A stretch of DNA of 64,000 nucleotides. Source: Rhynchobatus australiae. Its lineage: Eukaryota. Location of the stretch: NCBI GenBank assembly GCA_034780895.1, contig JAUZTB010000064.1, forward strand, positions 72,426,442-72,490,441, read 5' to 3'. Positions 47,367-59,258 of this stretch are shown one piece after another (position 1 is the stretch's first letter; every line of letters begins with the position of its first letter). The notes beneath the pieces were generated by a model. It was not told where the DNA came from, did not search any database, and saw only the letters and a list, made by a program, of their open reading frames with translations. The position numbers and the translations under genes are program-made.

Positions 47367-49572
47367 GTAAGTACAAATTTTAAAAAGCTATAGGGCAAGA
47401 TGTATTTGATTTTGTTTATGTGCAGAAGCTGATTCATTGACAGAAATGGAAGTGTAATTCAGCAGACGATATTTGACCCACAGAGCTCTGATATAGGCAC
47501 TAGTTTCATATGGAATTGCTGCCAGCCTATCCTCTTAAAACTGACATGTCCTTGACTTGTGTGACTGCTCACTGCAATGTGGAGGTGGTAAATGTGCTGG
47601 AGATTGGATGCTGGTGTGACTTACCCAATGCCCTGACATTGAACTTGTCCAGTGATTGTTCTGGTTTGTTCAGAGCTGAGGGGCTGATTGCACTTTGCAT
47701 CTGGCCTCTGGCTTTTACTCCTGTCGATTCAGGAGATGGCGGGGGCACACTGAAGCATCGTCGCCACTCCTGGCCCAATCTGCCTCGTGGAAGGGCAGCT
47801 ATGCAATGGAGCCTATGGTTGCTGAAGAAAATATGTGTGACTTGTGGGGTCAGTATGGGGGCCAAGTTTGGCTGGTAGGTCAGATTAAGCATGGATTTAG
47901 CATACTGATTTATCTGTAACAACAATTAATGATATATGAAAAATGTCTGCTTTTGCAGTGATTGCTACCCACATTTGAAATCNNNNNNNNNNNNNNNNNN
48001 NNNNNNNNNNNNNNNNNNNNNNNNNNNNNNNNNNNNNNNNNNNNNNNNNNNNNNNNNNNNNNNNNNNNNNNNNNNNNNNNNNNNNNNNNNNNNNNNNNNN
48101 NNNNNNNNNNNNNNNNNNNNNNNNNNNNNNNNNNNNNNNNNNNNNNNNNNNNNNNNNNNNNNNNNNNNNNNNNNNNNNNNNNNNNNNNNNNNNNNNNNNN
48201 NNNNNNNNNNNNNNNNNNNNNNNNNNNNNNNNNNNNNNNNNNNNNNNNNNNNNNNNNNNNNNNNNNNNNNNNNNNNNNNNNNNNNNNNNNNNNNNNNNNN
48301 NNNNNNNNNNNNNNNNNNNNNNNNNNNNNNNNNNNNNNNNNNNNNNNNNNNNNNNNNNNNNNNNNNNNNNNNNNNNNNNNNNNNNNNNNNNNNNNNNNNN
48401 NNNNNNNNNNNNNNNNNNNNNNNNNNNNNNNNNNNNNNNNNNATACAGAATCTGAACCAGAGCATATCAATTGAAACAGTTCAACTCTAAATCATGTACA
48501 AATAGGAAAAAAAAGAGTGGAAGATTAAAAGGATCAGAAAGAAAAAGAACATTTTCTAATTTGTTTTAAGTATCTAATAACTTTAATCTGAAGAATGAAA
48601 TTCTATATTTGTATGTTGTTTTTCATTAACAGTCTGTTTGACAGTAATAAAGACATTGCTCATTTTTAAAAAAAGGACTAGAATGAACAACCCTCACATT
48701 TCCTATTGGATCAGTTTATATCTAACAAGTATCTTAAATTCATGCTCCTACCATGTTTGTAATGCAGAGACTCTGAACAAGATACTGGTATAGTAAAGCT
48801 TCCAGTTAAGCAGAGCAACTTGGAGAACAACACCCTGATTTCAGCAGTTAACTGTCCATGTGTATACACCTGAATATGGTATTTTTATTTAATACTGATG
48901 GCTTCACAGTTACCTGCATGACAAGACCCATGCCATTTAAAATGTAAGAAATAGTCACAAAAGGCATTTGCTGTCTGATACAAGAGATGTTTGGTTAGTT
49001 TTACTCCTTCATTATCCATGCGATTTTTACTTTGTTAATAATATCTCCGAATATCAGAGACATTTAAAGTTCTACAGAAACCCTCTGACCTAAGGCAAAA
49101 TTTTACCCATTGCTTTGCCTGTCAAAAGCTCCCAGGGGCGGGGCCTAAGCACTATGCCACTTGAAGTCCGATTGCTGCTGAGGTCTCACTGCCAATACAG
49201 TGCTATAATGTCAATAATTAGGCGTCTCCACCCATTAAACCAATGTGAATTCTGAACTAAACCAGAGTGAATCCTTTGTAATATTTCACTGAGGTGATCC
49301 ATTCTCCATTACCAACACATTTAAACAGTTTATAAAATCATTTGAGATTTTACCTGAATGAACCTATTGTTCTGCAATCACATCTGCACGCCCCTATCTA
49401 CCCACCTAAAAGACTGTATTTTATTCAATAGAAGTACTGAAAATGTTTGAAGCTCTCTGTCTTCATTACAACTGTCTGTGCCGGGTTGTGGTACACCAAG
49501 GACAATATGGTGTTTTGAATACAGCTATGAAGAAGAAATTTGATTTTAATGATAAAATGTGTTCTATTTCAG

Positions 49573-49628
49573 GGTCATAGACAGTAGTATGAAAAGCTTC
49601 AAGGCATTTTTCCGATGGCTGTATGCAG
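49573..49628 (+). CDS. ANAPC4: ANAPC4 exon (VIDSSMKSFKAFFRWLYA)
   Basis: cag|...G|gtgaag; FKAFFRWLY motif. Confidence 0.97.
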
Positions 49629-49929
49629 GTGAAGGAAATTTAATTTATTTTGAATGTTGTTTCATTTCTAGAAGGTAGCTTAGGGCCAATTAACAAGATA
49701 GAATGAAATGTGATTGTTAGACAGAAGAATCTAATTCACCATTATTAACAGTACTTTGGACAAAGTCAAGCATGATACTCGATTATGAGGGTTATTTAAG
49801 CAGATCTGTACCAAATAAAGATATGTTTAATGCTGAATGTAAAAATAGAAGTTGACAGAAGTTGGTTATAGACTCACTTTTAAAACTGATTTTGTGTAAT
49901 TCCATTATTATTTAAATATCCACAGTGCA

Positions 49930-50135
49930 ATATTGCTGATGTTGTAAATATGAAATAAAACAAAGTGCTGGAAATATTCAGGCCAAGTTGAGTCTATGGA
50001 GAGAGAGCCAGTTTATGTTTCAGGTGATGACCTTTCTTCAGAACTTTCTAATGAATCCTCATTGACTTAGAACGTTAGCTCTTTATTTCTCTCCACAGCT
50101 GCTGTCTGCTCTGTGGAGTTCTTCCAGCATTTTAA
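49930..50135. mobile_element. Penelope-like palindrome; - strand keeps a hammerhead-like core
   Basis: Reverse complement of 50017-50041 is CTGAAGA-A-AGGT-CATC-ACCT-GAAAC. Confidence 0.6.
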
Positions 50136-51773
50136 ATATCTGTTTAACTATCATTAATCTGAAAAAACTAATTTGAGTCATCATTAACCATATAAAAGGA
50201 TATTATTTGCATGTCACTAAAAACTTATGAAAAATAGAAGCATGTAAGCAAGTATTTGCCATGTCAGGGAATTGGTTAGGAGGTAGAAGTAGCAATAATA
50301 GATATGCACATTAATTGCCATGAGTAATAGCATCCACCAAGAATCTGTAATAAGGGCTGCATCTTTCAGCACATTTACAAGTAGTTAGATGAATAATTTT
50401 ACAAACCACATGTCCAAGTTTTGTATTGACACTCATAGTACAGTGAGTAGATGGGAGCAGACAGTTGCAAAGGGACATTTATGGATTAAGTGATTTGGCA
50501 ACACTGAGGTGATGAAATTCATTGTAGGGGAGTGCTTAGTAATAAACTCGGTCCAAAGACAGGATACACCAGAATATTTTCTAAAAGGTGGGAAGCTGGT
50601 AAACATCTAATCGTAGATTATGTCACACATTCACCTAGAAGTCAAGTGAAATCTATAACTCTCTTTTAAAAACCTGTTGAAGTGAGTTCAATTGAATACT
50701 TCAAAATTAACATTGGTAAATTTTTGTTCGATAAGATTATTAAGGGTGAGGTCAAGGAGGGTAAATGGAGTAGATACAGATCTGCTATAAATGAATGGCT
50801 AAATGCCCTGCTATGCTCCTAAAAATGAACGTGAACAGTAAACCAGCTGTAAATCAATTGATTTCCAAGGGGGACAAAACTATTATCAACTAACCTTAGA
50901 TCAATGAAGAAACTTTTTATTTGTGTTCTGTTGTATGTTCCTTTAATGCTTTTTAAAAATAGTTGCTTAGGTATGGGGGAGCCACCTTTTATTGCTCCGC
51001 TCTAACTTCCCTGCTGAGATTCTTGCAGCATCACATCCCCCCAGTGGTCCAAAATTACTCCAAGCACTGAAGTGTTTTCTGATTGTCCCCTATTTACTTA
51101 CCTCTGTTCACTATATCTCCTTGGTGACACATTTGATTAAATCCTGTCTTGTTCTCAAGGGCTGTCACTCTCACTTCACTTATGGGATTCATGTCTTGTA
51201 GACGCTCTGCACTGAGTTCCTTGGGACCACTTTTTCCAAGAAGAACATCAAATTTAATATAATAATGTTGATTGTATACCAAATCAGTTTTAAAAATGTT
51301 TAGAAGGTATAAGAAATCCACGTTTAGTTAAGAAAACAACTATTTTTAATTATTTAAGAAACATTTTCTATGCCTTTTTTGATTTGCTTATGAGATACAA
51401 ATTTTTACATTAAAAACTTCTATTTTTTTACATTAAAAACTTCTATTTAGCCAGCTGTTAATAACAGCTGGTTATTAACAGCTGGCTAAACTATTTGTTT
51501 CAAGAGGCAGTATTTGTAATTGTCTTCCATAATATGAAAATCAAAAGAAATTGGAAATCTGAAATAAAAGCAGAAGATGAAAGCACCATTCTAATGAAGG
51601 TCTCTGACCTGAAATTTCAACTGTTTTTCTTTCTTCAGATGCTGTCTGACCTGCTGAATGTTTCCAGCATTTTCTGTTTTTATTGTCTTTCATAATAATC
51701 TGAGATGAGTGCATCTAGTCACTTTAATGAAAAAGGACATATGCCAATGGTAATCCCTTACTTTGTTTTTCAG

Positions 51774-51820
51774 CAATGCTGAGAATGTCTGATGACCATG
51801 TTTTGCCAGAGCTCAATAAG
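51774..51820 (+). CDS. ANAPC4: ANAPC4 exon (MLRMSDDHVLPELNK)
   Basis: cag|...AAG|gtaaat. Confidence 0.96.
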
Positions 51821-53354
51821 GTAAATTGCAGTGGTTCATTTAGAGCTTCAGAATTGTATTGGCCCTTTGATTAATAGCAAAAACTAAGACAACTTGCATT
51901 ATGTAGTCCAGTTAACATAATAGTTTCTGGATTCAGTTTTATCTGCGCAATTGAGGAACTTGAACTAATAGAATTAGAGATTAAATGTGAAAATATCATG
52001 TTCCAAAGGACATAATAATATTTTACATTGAGAACAGAATGAGGATGGTTCTTTATCCAATGTTGATAGTGAAATCAATATAGTTTCACTTTAAACAAAT
52101 ATAAAGGCATACAGAATAAACTGTAGAGCAGCGTACATGCAACCTTAGGGTGATTAATCATGGAGGCAAGTTTAGTGTGAGGCAGGGCTGTAAGATAAAT
52201 ATCACACATCATTATCATATCTCAATGGACCCAAAATCAAATCTATACCTTCTATTGGCCAGATATTAAAACACTCAAACAAGTTCAGGTGCAATTTGCT
52301 AAAAAAATATACTTTTACCTTCAAAAAATAATCTTTTAAAATATAATTATTAATGTAAATATGAAGTTTTAGCTTAGTTTAAAATGTACTTTAAAGTGGT
52401 AAATCTTGCCTCTTGTTGGCCTTTCAGTCTCCCAGCTTCCCAAATGTGGCATGGCCAGGATTGATGTGTAACAAGAACTTGGTCTAGTGCTGCGAATGCA
52501 TGTTAATGCTGGAGCATTGAGCTCTGTGGCACAGCCCAGGCATCCCAGGATCTGCATTCAGTGACTTGGAACCAACAGTGCTTTCACTGAGGGCTGTGTC
52601 AATACTGGAGGGCTAAGGTTCTGTCAAGTGTGCTAGTGAGTGCTGGCCATAATGACACATCTGCCAAAACTTCAGTAGATCGGCCCCAAAACTAAGCAAC
52701 TATAAGGTTCAACTGGTAATTGACCAGATGTTGCTTCTACATATTTAGCCANNNNNNNNNNNNNNNNNNNNNNNNNNNNNNNNNNNNNTATAAGCAAACT
52801 GGACAGTAGATACTTTGAAACTGGTCAACCTGTTAAAGGCAATTTAAAATTTCAGCTGTTACACTTCAGCAGAACACAGTTGTAATGTAATTTGTTGTTT
52901 CCAAGCGTGTCTTCATTGCCATGTGAACTTCACTAAGTTATACTAATCTCTGTTTTTTGAAGAAAGTGTCTGGGTTTAGTATCATTCTGTTTAATTAGTA
53001 GCTGAGACCATTACTCAGTAGCAAATATAATTAATCACCAATTTCTATAGCTAACTACACTTTGTAACTAGAATCAATACAGATCAAACTGAAATTCAAC
53101 CTCCTTTAAACTTCTAAATTTTCAGTGTATCGAGTAATACAGAGGAAGGAAAGTCAGCCTAGAGTGCAGATCAGCCTTGATCCAGTTGAATGTCAGAGCA
53201 GATGTGGGAGACTAAGTGACATATTCTAGTTCTAAACATTCCTACAACCTGGACTTACAATACATCTGTGTGAATCAAACTCATTGATTTAGAACTATCC
53301 TATAATCATTTTGTATTACAAATCAGTGAAAACATAATGTTGAAAAGTAAGTTA

Positions 53355-53548
53355 AGAATGAAGCAACAAACTATCCGCTAGAGGAACTCAGTGGATCAAG
53401 CAGCATCTGTGGGGGAGGGGAGAAAGAATTGTCAATGTTTCAGGTCGAAACCCTGCATCAGGACTGCATGGTTTTGAGCTGAAACATCGATAATTCTTTT
53501 CTGCCACAGATGCTGCTCGACCTGCTGAGTTCCTCCAGCAGATTGTTT
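53355..53548. mobile_element. Penelope-like palindrome
   Basis: gaggaactcag..agcagcatctgtgg ... ccacagatgctgctcgacctgctgagttcctc inverted arms around gtttcaggtcgaaaccctgcatcagg. Confidence 0.6.
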
Positions 53549-55829
53549 NNNNNNNNNNNNNNNNNNNNNNNNNNNNNNNNNNNNNNNNNNNNNNNNNNNN
53601 NNNNNNNNNNNNNNNNNNNNNNNNNNNNNNNNNNNNNNNNNNNNNNNNNNNNNNNNNNNNNNNNNNNNNNNNNNNNNNNNNNNNNNNNNNNNNNNNNNNN
53701 NNNNNNNNNNNNNNNNNNNNNNNNNNNNNNNNNNNNNNNNNNNNNNNNNNNNNNNNNNNNNNNNNNNNNNNNNNNNNNNNNNNNNNNNNNNNNNNNNNNN
53801 NNNNNNNNNNNNNNNNNNNNNNNNNNNNNNNNNNNNNNNNNNNNNNNNNNNNNNNNNNNNNNNNNNNNNNNNNNNNNNNNNNNNNNNNNNNNNNNNNNNN
53901 NNNNNNNNNNNNNNNNNNNNNNNNNNNNNNNNNNNNNNNNNNNNAAAAGCTTGACCAAAGGAGCAGGTTTTAAGGAGAGTGTTAAAGAGAAGAAAGATGC
54001 CAAAACTCAGGTTTTAGGAGAGATTTCCAGGGTTTTAGGCCAAAGGCATGTGAAAGTACAGCTGATATGGTGATGTGATTAATAATTGTGTTTGCATATG
54101 AGGCCAGAACTTGAAGAGCATTGAGATTTTGGAAGATTATAGAGCTGAAGAATGTTACAGAGAGGCACAAGGTGAAATAGAAGGAAACTGAAAATGAGAA
54201 AAAGAATTCTGGAATTGAAAAAGTATTGAACTGAGTCCTAATGTAGGTTAGCGAGCACAGAGATGATATGTGCATGGCATGCTGAGAGTTAAAATACGTG
54301 ATGCAGAGTTTTGCAGTGAGCACAAGTTTACGCAAGGTGGATAATGGGAAGAGATTTTTGGAATTGGCTGAAGGTAACAAAAGCATGATGGGGTTTCAGC
54401 ATCAGTTGGGCTGGCACAGGGCTAGTGTCAGACAATGTTGACAAACGGGGAAGGAGTCATTCGGAGTTTACATGAATATATGGTCTGAAGTCATTTCAAT
54501 GTGCAAGACCTAGGTTGAGAACAGTCTGGTTTAACCTCTGATAATTATCAGAAGAGGGACTAAATCAGTGGCAAAGTAACAGAGTTTAGTGCCTAGCCCA
54601 AAGACTAGGGCTTCAGTCATTCCAATATTAACTAAAACAAAATACAGTTCCTCCAGCAGATTGTTTGTTGCTCCAGATTCTACCATCTGCAGTCTCGTGT
54701 GTTTCCTACCTGTCCTGCTGAATATTTTCACCATCTTATGTTTTTATTTCATAATGCTTAGTTGAAAGAAATGTCTATGTGTTGCCTGGATCCAAGCCAG
54801 TTGTCTGATGATCTACTGACAGTGGTATAATACTGCATGCCCATTTCAGGAAAGAGTTGTCATCATTTTCCTTACAAAAAAGCTTGATCCTTTCAGATAA
54901 GAAAGAAAGCTTTTGAAGTTAATATAATCCCTTTCAGGTGGGAATCATTTTAAGTATTATTGCCCTGATTGGCAATTGAAGCTAATGATGCATTACAGCT
55001 ATCTGTAATAGTCAGTTCCACAGCCCATTTTTGTCCTTGTTGGTAGGATTCTAATTGTGAATACTGAACAAGCAGAGAGTTATGGAGAACCTATTGAATG
55101 GTTTTCTTTTTCACCTGAATGATGTTCAGCCTCATGATCCAACTGGACTTTAGTATTGCTTGTAGCGTAGTGCTGTCTAGACATGTTCTGTTTAATTTGT
55201 ATATTACATGGATAAAATAGAGTCATACAGTAGAAAACAGATCCTTTAGCCCACTGAGCATGCCAACCCTCAAGCATCCAGTTATACTAATCCAAAACTG
55301 ATCGTATTTTATTCTCCCCACGCTCCCACTAACTCGTCCCCAGATTTTACCACTCACCTACATGCTAGTGGCAATTTACAATGGCCAATTAACCTACCAA
55401 ACCGCATTCTCTGAAGTGTGAGAGATAACTGAAGCACTTGGAGGTCAGGGTTGAAGCCAGGTTGTTGGAAGCTGTGAGGCAACAGCTCTACTAACTTTAC
55501 CACTGTGCTCTGTCGCCACAAACCTGAAGGCACAATTTAGAATTAGGAGTAGAGTTGAGTCAACTTTTTAAAAAAAAACAAATCTCTGAAAGGTCGCTTA
55601 TTTGTTTTCCTTGTATAAATAATAGCAAATCCTAATTCTGAATAAGAGATTGATGAGCTGTTGAGGAATGAGGAAATTCATACCTATTAGCTATCTTCAA
55701 CAAGAGCCGTTCCAATTATCTAGATACATTTTGGTAATGAATAAGAATAAACAGATGCATATATAATTGAATGCAAATGAAACTTGTTTGGGGTAAAAGA
55801 AGTAATTAGAATATAATGTATTCAATCCC

Positions 55830-56865
55830 TTTATAACTGGATCCTTGTCTTCCTGACCAAAACACAACAATCAGTAAGGATAGGCAGCAACACCTCAGCA
55901 ACAATTATCCTCAACACTAGTGCCCCACATGACTGCATGGCCAGATTTTGCTCTAACTCCATCTACAAGTTTGCAGATAATACCACCGTAATGGGCTGAA
56001 TCTCAAATAACAATGAGTCAGAGAGATAGGAAGCCTAGTGGAATGGTGTCATGACAACAACCTTTCCCTCAATGTCATCAAAACAAAAGAGCTGGTCATT
56101 GACTTCAGGAAGGGGGTTAGTGCACGCACTCCAGTTTACATCGACAGTGCTGAGGTTAAGAGGGTTGAAAACTTCAAATTCCTAAGAGTGAACATCACCA
56201 ATATCCTGTCCTGGTCCAACCACGTAGACACCATGGCCAAGAATGTGCACCAATGCCTCTACTTCCTCAGGAGACGAAAGAAATTTGGCATGTCCCCTTT
56301 GACCCTCACCAATTTTTATCAATACACCATAGAAAGCATCCTATCCAGATACATCACAGCCTGGTATGGCAGCTGGTCTGCCTGGGAGTGCAAGAAACTG
56401 TAGAGAGTTGTGGACACAGCTCAGCACATTCATGGAAACCAGCCTCCCTTCCATGGATTCTGTCTACGCTTCTTGCTGCCTCAGTACATCAGCCAGCATG
56501 ATCAAAGACCCCACCCACTCTGGACATTCTCTCCTCTATCCCCCACCTCCAATCAGGCAGAAGATACAAAAACCTAAAAGCATTGTACCACCAGTCTCAA
56601 GGATAGCTTCTCTCCCACTGTTATAAGACTATTGAACAGTTCCTTAGTATAATAAGATAGACACTTGACCCCACAATCTACTTTATGACCTTGCATCTTA
56701 TTGTCTGCCTGCACTGCACTTTCTCTGTAATTTAGTGTACATTCAGTTATTGTTTTCCCTTGCACTACCTCAATGCACTGTTGTAATGAAATGATCTGTA
56801 TAGATGGTATGCAAAACAAAGTTTTTCACTGTACCTCGGTACATGTGACAATAATAAACCAATTT
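55830..56865 (+). mobile_element. Rex1/Babar-like LINE 3' part
   Basis: EWCHDNNLSLNVIKTKELVIDFRK, VENFKFL, QCLYFLRR and NFYQYTIESIL; its 3' tail is the reverse complement of 24525-24700. Confidence 0.88.
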
Positions 56866-56955
56866 ATGTATACCATAGTTTTCTTCTTGCTCTCTTAAGA
56901 AATTGTCACCTAATGTGATGGTTTTTAATCATGGTTTCTTTCTCAATTATTGTAG

Positions 56956-57012
56956 GCACCAGAACTTTACGATCAAAAGGGTCAATACTTTAATGTGGAG
57001 AGAGTTGGTCAG
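56956..57012 (+). CDS. ANAPC4: ANAPC4 exon (APELYDQKGQYFNVERVGQ)
   Basis: tag|...CAG|gtatgc; FNVERVGQ motif. Confidence 0.97.
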
Positions 57013-57400
57013 GTATGCCATTTTCAGATTTTTTCTCTGGCTTAACACTTGATACTGTTGTTGAAACATTGAAGAATTTAAAAATACATCAATTGTGTAT
57101 CAAGTATCTTGCTTTCCATTTTCAACTTGAAAACAATATTATTTAAAAAAATACTGATTAATGTCTGAGATAAGGGACTGTTAGTTCCCACAATTATTGT
57201 AGTTCACCCTTGTAGAAGTTTTAATATCAAGTGTTCTTGAAATTGACATGGTCTGTCAGNNNNNNNNNNNNNNNNNNNNNNNNNNNNNNNNNNNNNNNNN
57301 NNNNNNNNNNNNNNNNNNNNNNNNNNNNNNNNNNNNNNNNGAGTATATCAAAATGAAATTGAAATTGCTTAAATATGCAAAAGTGAAATTTGTTTTGCAG

Positions 57401-57494
57401 TACTTAAAAGATGAGGATGATGACTTAGTAACTCCTCCAGAGACTGAAGGAAATCCATGGTTTTCCTTCTTGCAGAACAGTGTTCATCTTAAAG
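57401..57494 (+). CDS. ANAPC4: ANAPC4 exon (YLKDEDDDLVTPPETEGNPWFSFLQNSVHLK)
   Basis: cag|...G|gtacaa. Confidence 0.97.
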
Positions 57495-58580
57495 GTACAA
57501 ATATTACTTATCCAATCTATTTCAAAGTTTGTAGTAAACTGGGTACTGTGCTTGCAGGGTTTTGGTAAAATCTATACCAGACTATGATGTTGTTGATGCT
57601 TTTCTCTATCAGCAATCTGAGTAGCATGAAATAAGTTACAATTGGCTTTTTCCTAATTCTAAACAATATTGTCACAGTGATAAGAGTGAGTTGCGTTGCT
57701 GTGGCAGAATAAAGGGATTATCAGCCTATGCTATCTGTTACAAGATTGTTTGACTTTGTTATTGGTTGTCTGAAATAGAATATGTTTTGTTATGCAACAT
57801 TAATGTTCTTCACCTTGATGAACACAAAATATTCTTTTTAAATATGGTTGTTTTAAATTGTTAATATGTTGTTCATTAGTTCCTGCTAAAACTTTAATTT
57901 TTCTACTAGAAATTAATTTTTCTTATGTTCACCATTACTGACAAGATTCATCATAAACTATGCTGTACCTTCAGCACCCAATAACCAGCTAAGTGACAAT
58001 GCAACTTGCGAGGCACAATGATAAAATCTCTGTTTTTGCACTGTATGCTATGATCTTGCATTGCCACATACCTTTTTTTGTATTTTTCAACAAGTGAACC
58101 AAAAAGCTCTTTAGTCAAATACACCTATTTGTTCTTCATGTGTTTTCTGTAGGTTCCACACAGAATAAATGAAGACCATAATTCCATTTTGGCACAAGAT
58201 ATTTGAATTTCACAATTGTTCCCCAAAACGTCAAAATGTTGGATAAGATTCACTCTTCTGATGTGGGGCTTTCTCACTTTATAATTCTGCATCATTGAAC
58301 AACCTGACATAAATTTAGAAAGTAAGGTTTCTTATCAGAATACTCCAGTCTGGAATAGAACCAGATTCTTCCAACAAGAGGGATACCCACAACAGGGAAT
58401 CTCTGACAATCCTTCCCCCACAAAATTTCCTTCCGTTTCCTGGTCAAGGAGGGGCTTGTCTAGCAATCAACTGGAAGAAGCAGATCTAGCCATCGGTATC
58501 AATTTTCTGCCAATGTGACATCCCTTTATTAACTTGTGAGTGATAATAGCAGCATAATAATTTTACATTTTTATTTTCAG

Positions 58581-58678
58581 ACAGCCCTTTGCTTTTCCCA
58601 TATTTTCCAAAGAAATCACTACATTTTGTTAAGAGGCTAGTGGAAGGACAGATTGATAGTTGTCTACAAAAACCAGCT
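58581..58678 (+). CDS. ANAPC4: ANAPC4 exon (SPLLFPYFPKKSLHFVKRLVEGQIDSCLQKPA)
   Basis: cag|...GCT|gtaagt. Confidence 0.97.
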
Positions 58679-58773
58679 GTAAGTATTCTATCATGAAATC
58701 CATTTTGTCCTCATGAAGTTATGCTAATCATGGTATCAGGTTTTTTCTTTAAATCATTTTGTCTCTTTCACAG

Positions 58774-58835
58774 GAAGTCATTGGAAATTCTGTGCATCAG
58801 GTTCTCTACATGCCACTATATAAGCTACATCCGAG
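58774..58835 (+). CDS. ANAPC4: ANAPC4 exon (EVIGNSVHQVLYMPLYKLHP)
   Basis: cag|...AG|gtaaaa. Confidence 0.93.
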
Positions 58836-59007
58836 GTAAAATGATTATGACCATAACAGTACTTAATAACAATATAATTATTTAAATTGAAACAATGCCG
58901 CTACTATGCACTTGATTCTAAACATAACCAGCTGCCATTTTACTTGAATACTTTTGATTCGTTGTATTAATAAAGTAGTATGTTGATGTGTTTCTGTTTA
59001 CTTTCAG

Positions 59008-59043
59008 TGACAGTGTTGTGCCCAGATTTTCATTACCATCATT
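59008..59043 (+). CDS. ANAPC4: ANAPC4 36-nt exon (DSVVPRFSLPS)
   Basis: cag|...TT|gtaagt; phase 2 to 2, bridging its neighbours. Confidence 0.88.
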
Positions 59044-59156
59044 GTAAGTTCACTGTTCAATTGTTACTGAGAATTGATTTTTTTCTGTGGCTTTAGTTTT
59101 AAGCCATTTTTCTAGAAGCTAAACTGAAATCTGCATACATCTTTTTTTCTTCATAG

Positions 59157-59258
59157 TTGGAATGATAAGTCTTCAAATTTCCAATACGTAATATTCACAA
59201 TGCATGGCACTGAATCTCCCAGGATCTACATAATGCGAAGACCCACAGACCTTTCAAG
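59157..59258 (+). CDS. ANAPC4: ANAPC4 exon (WNDKSSNFQYVIFTMHGTESPRIYIMRRPTDLS)
   Basis: tag|...AG|gtaaaa. Confidence 0.93.
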
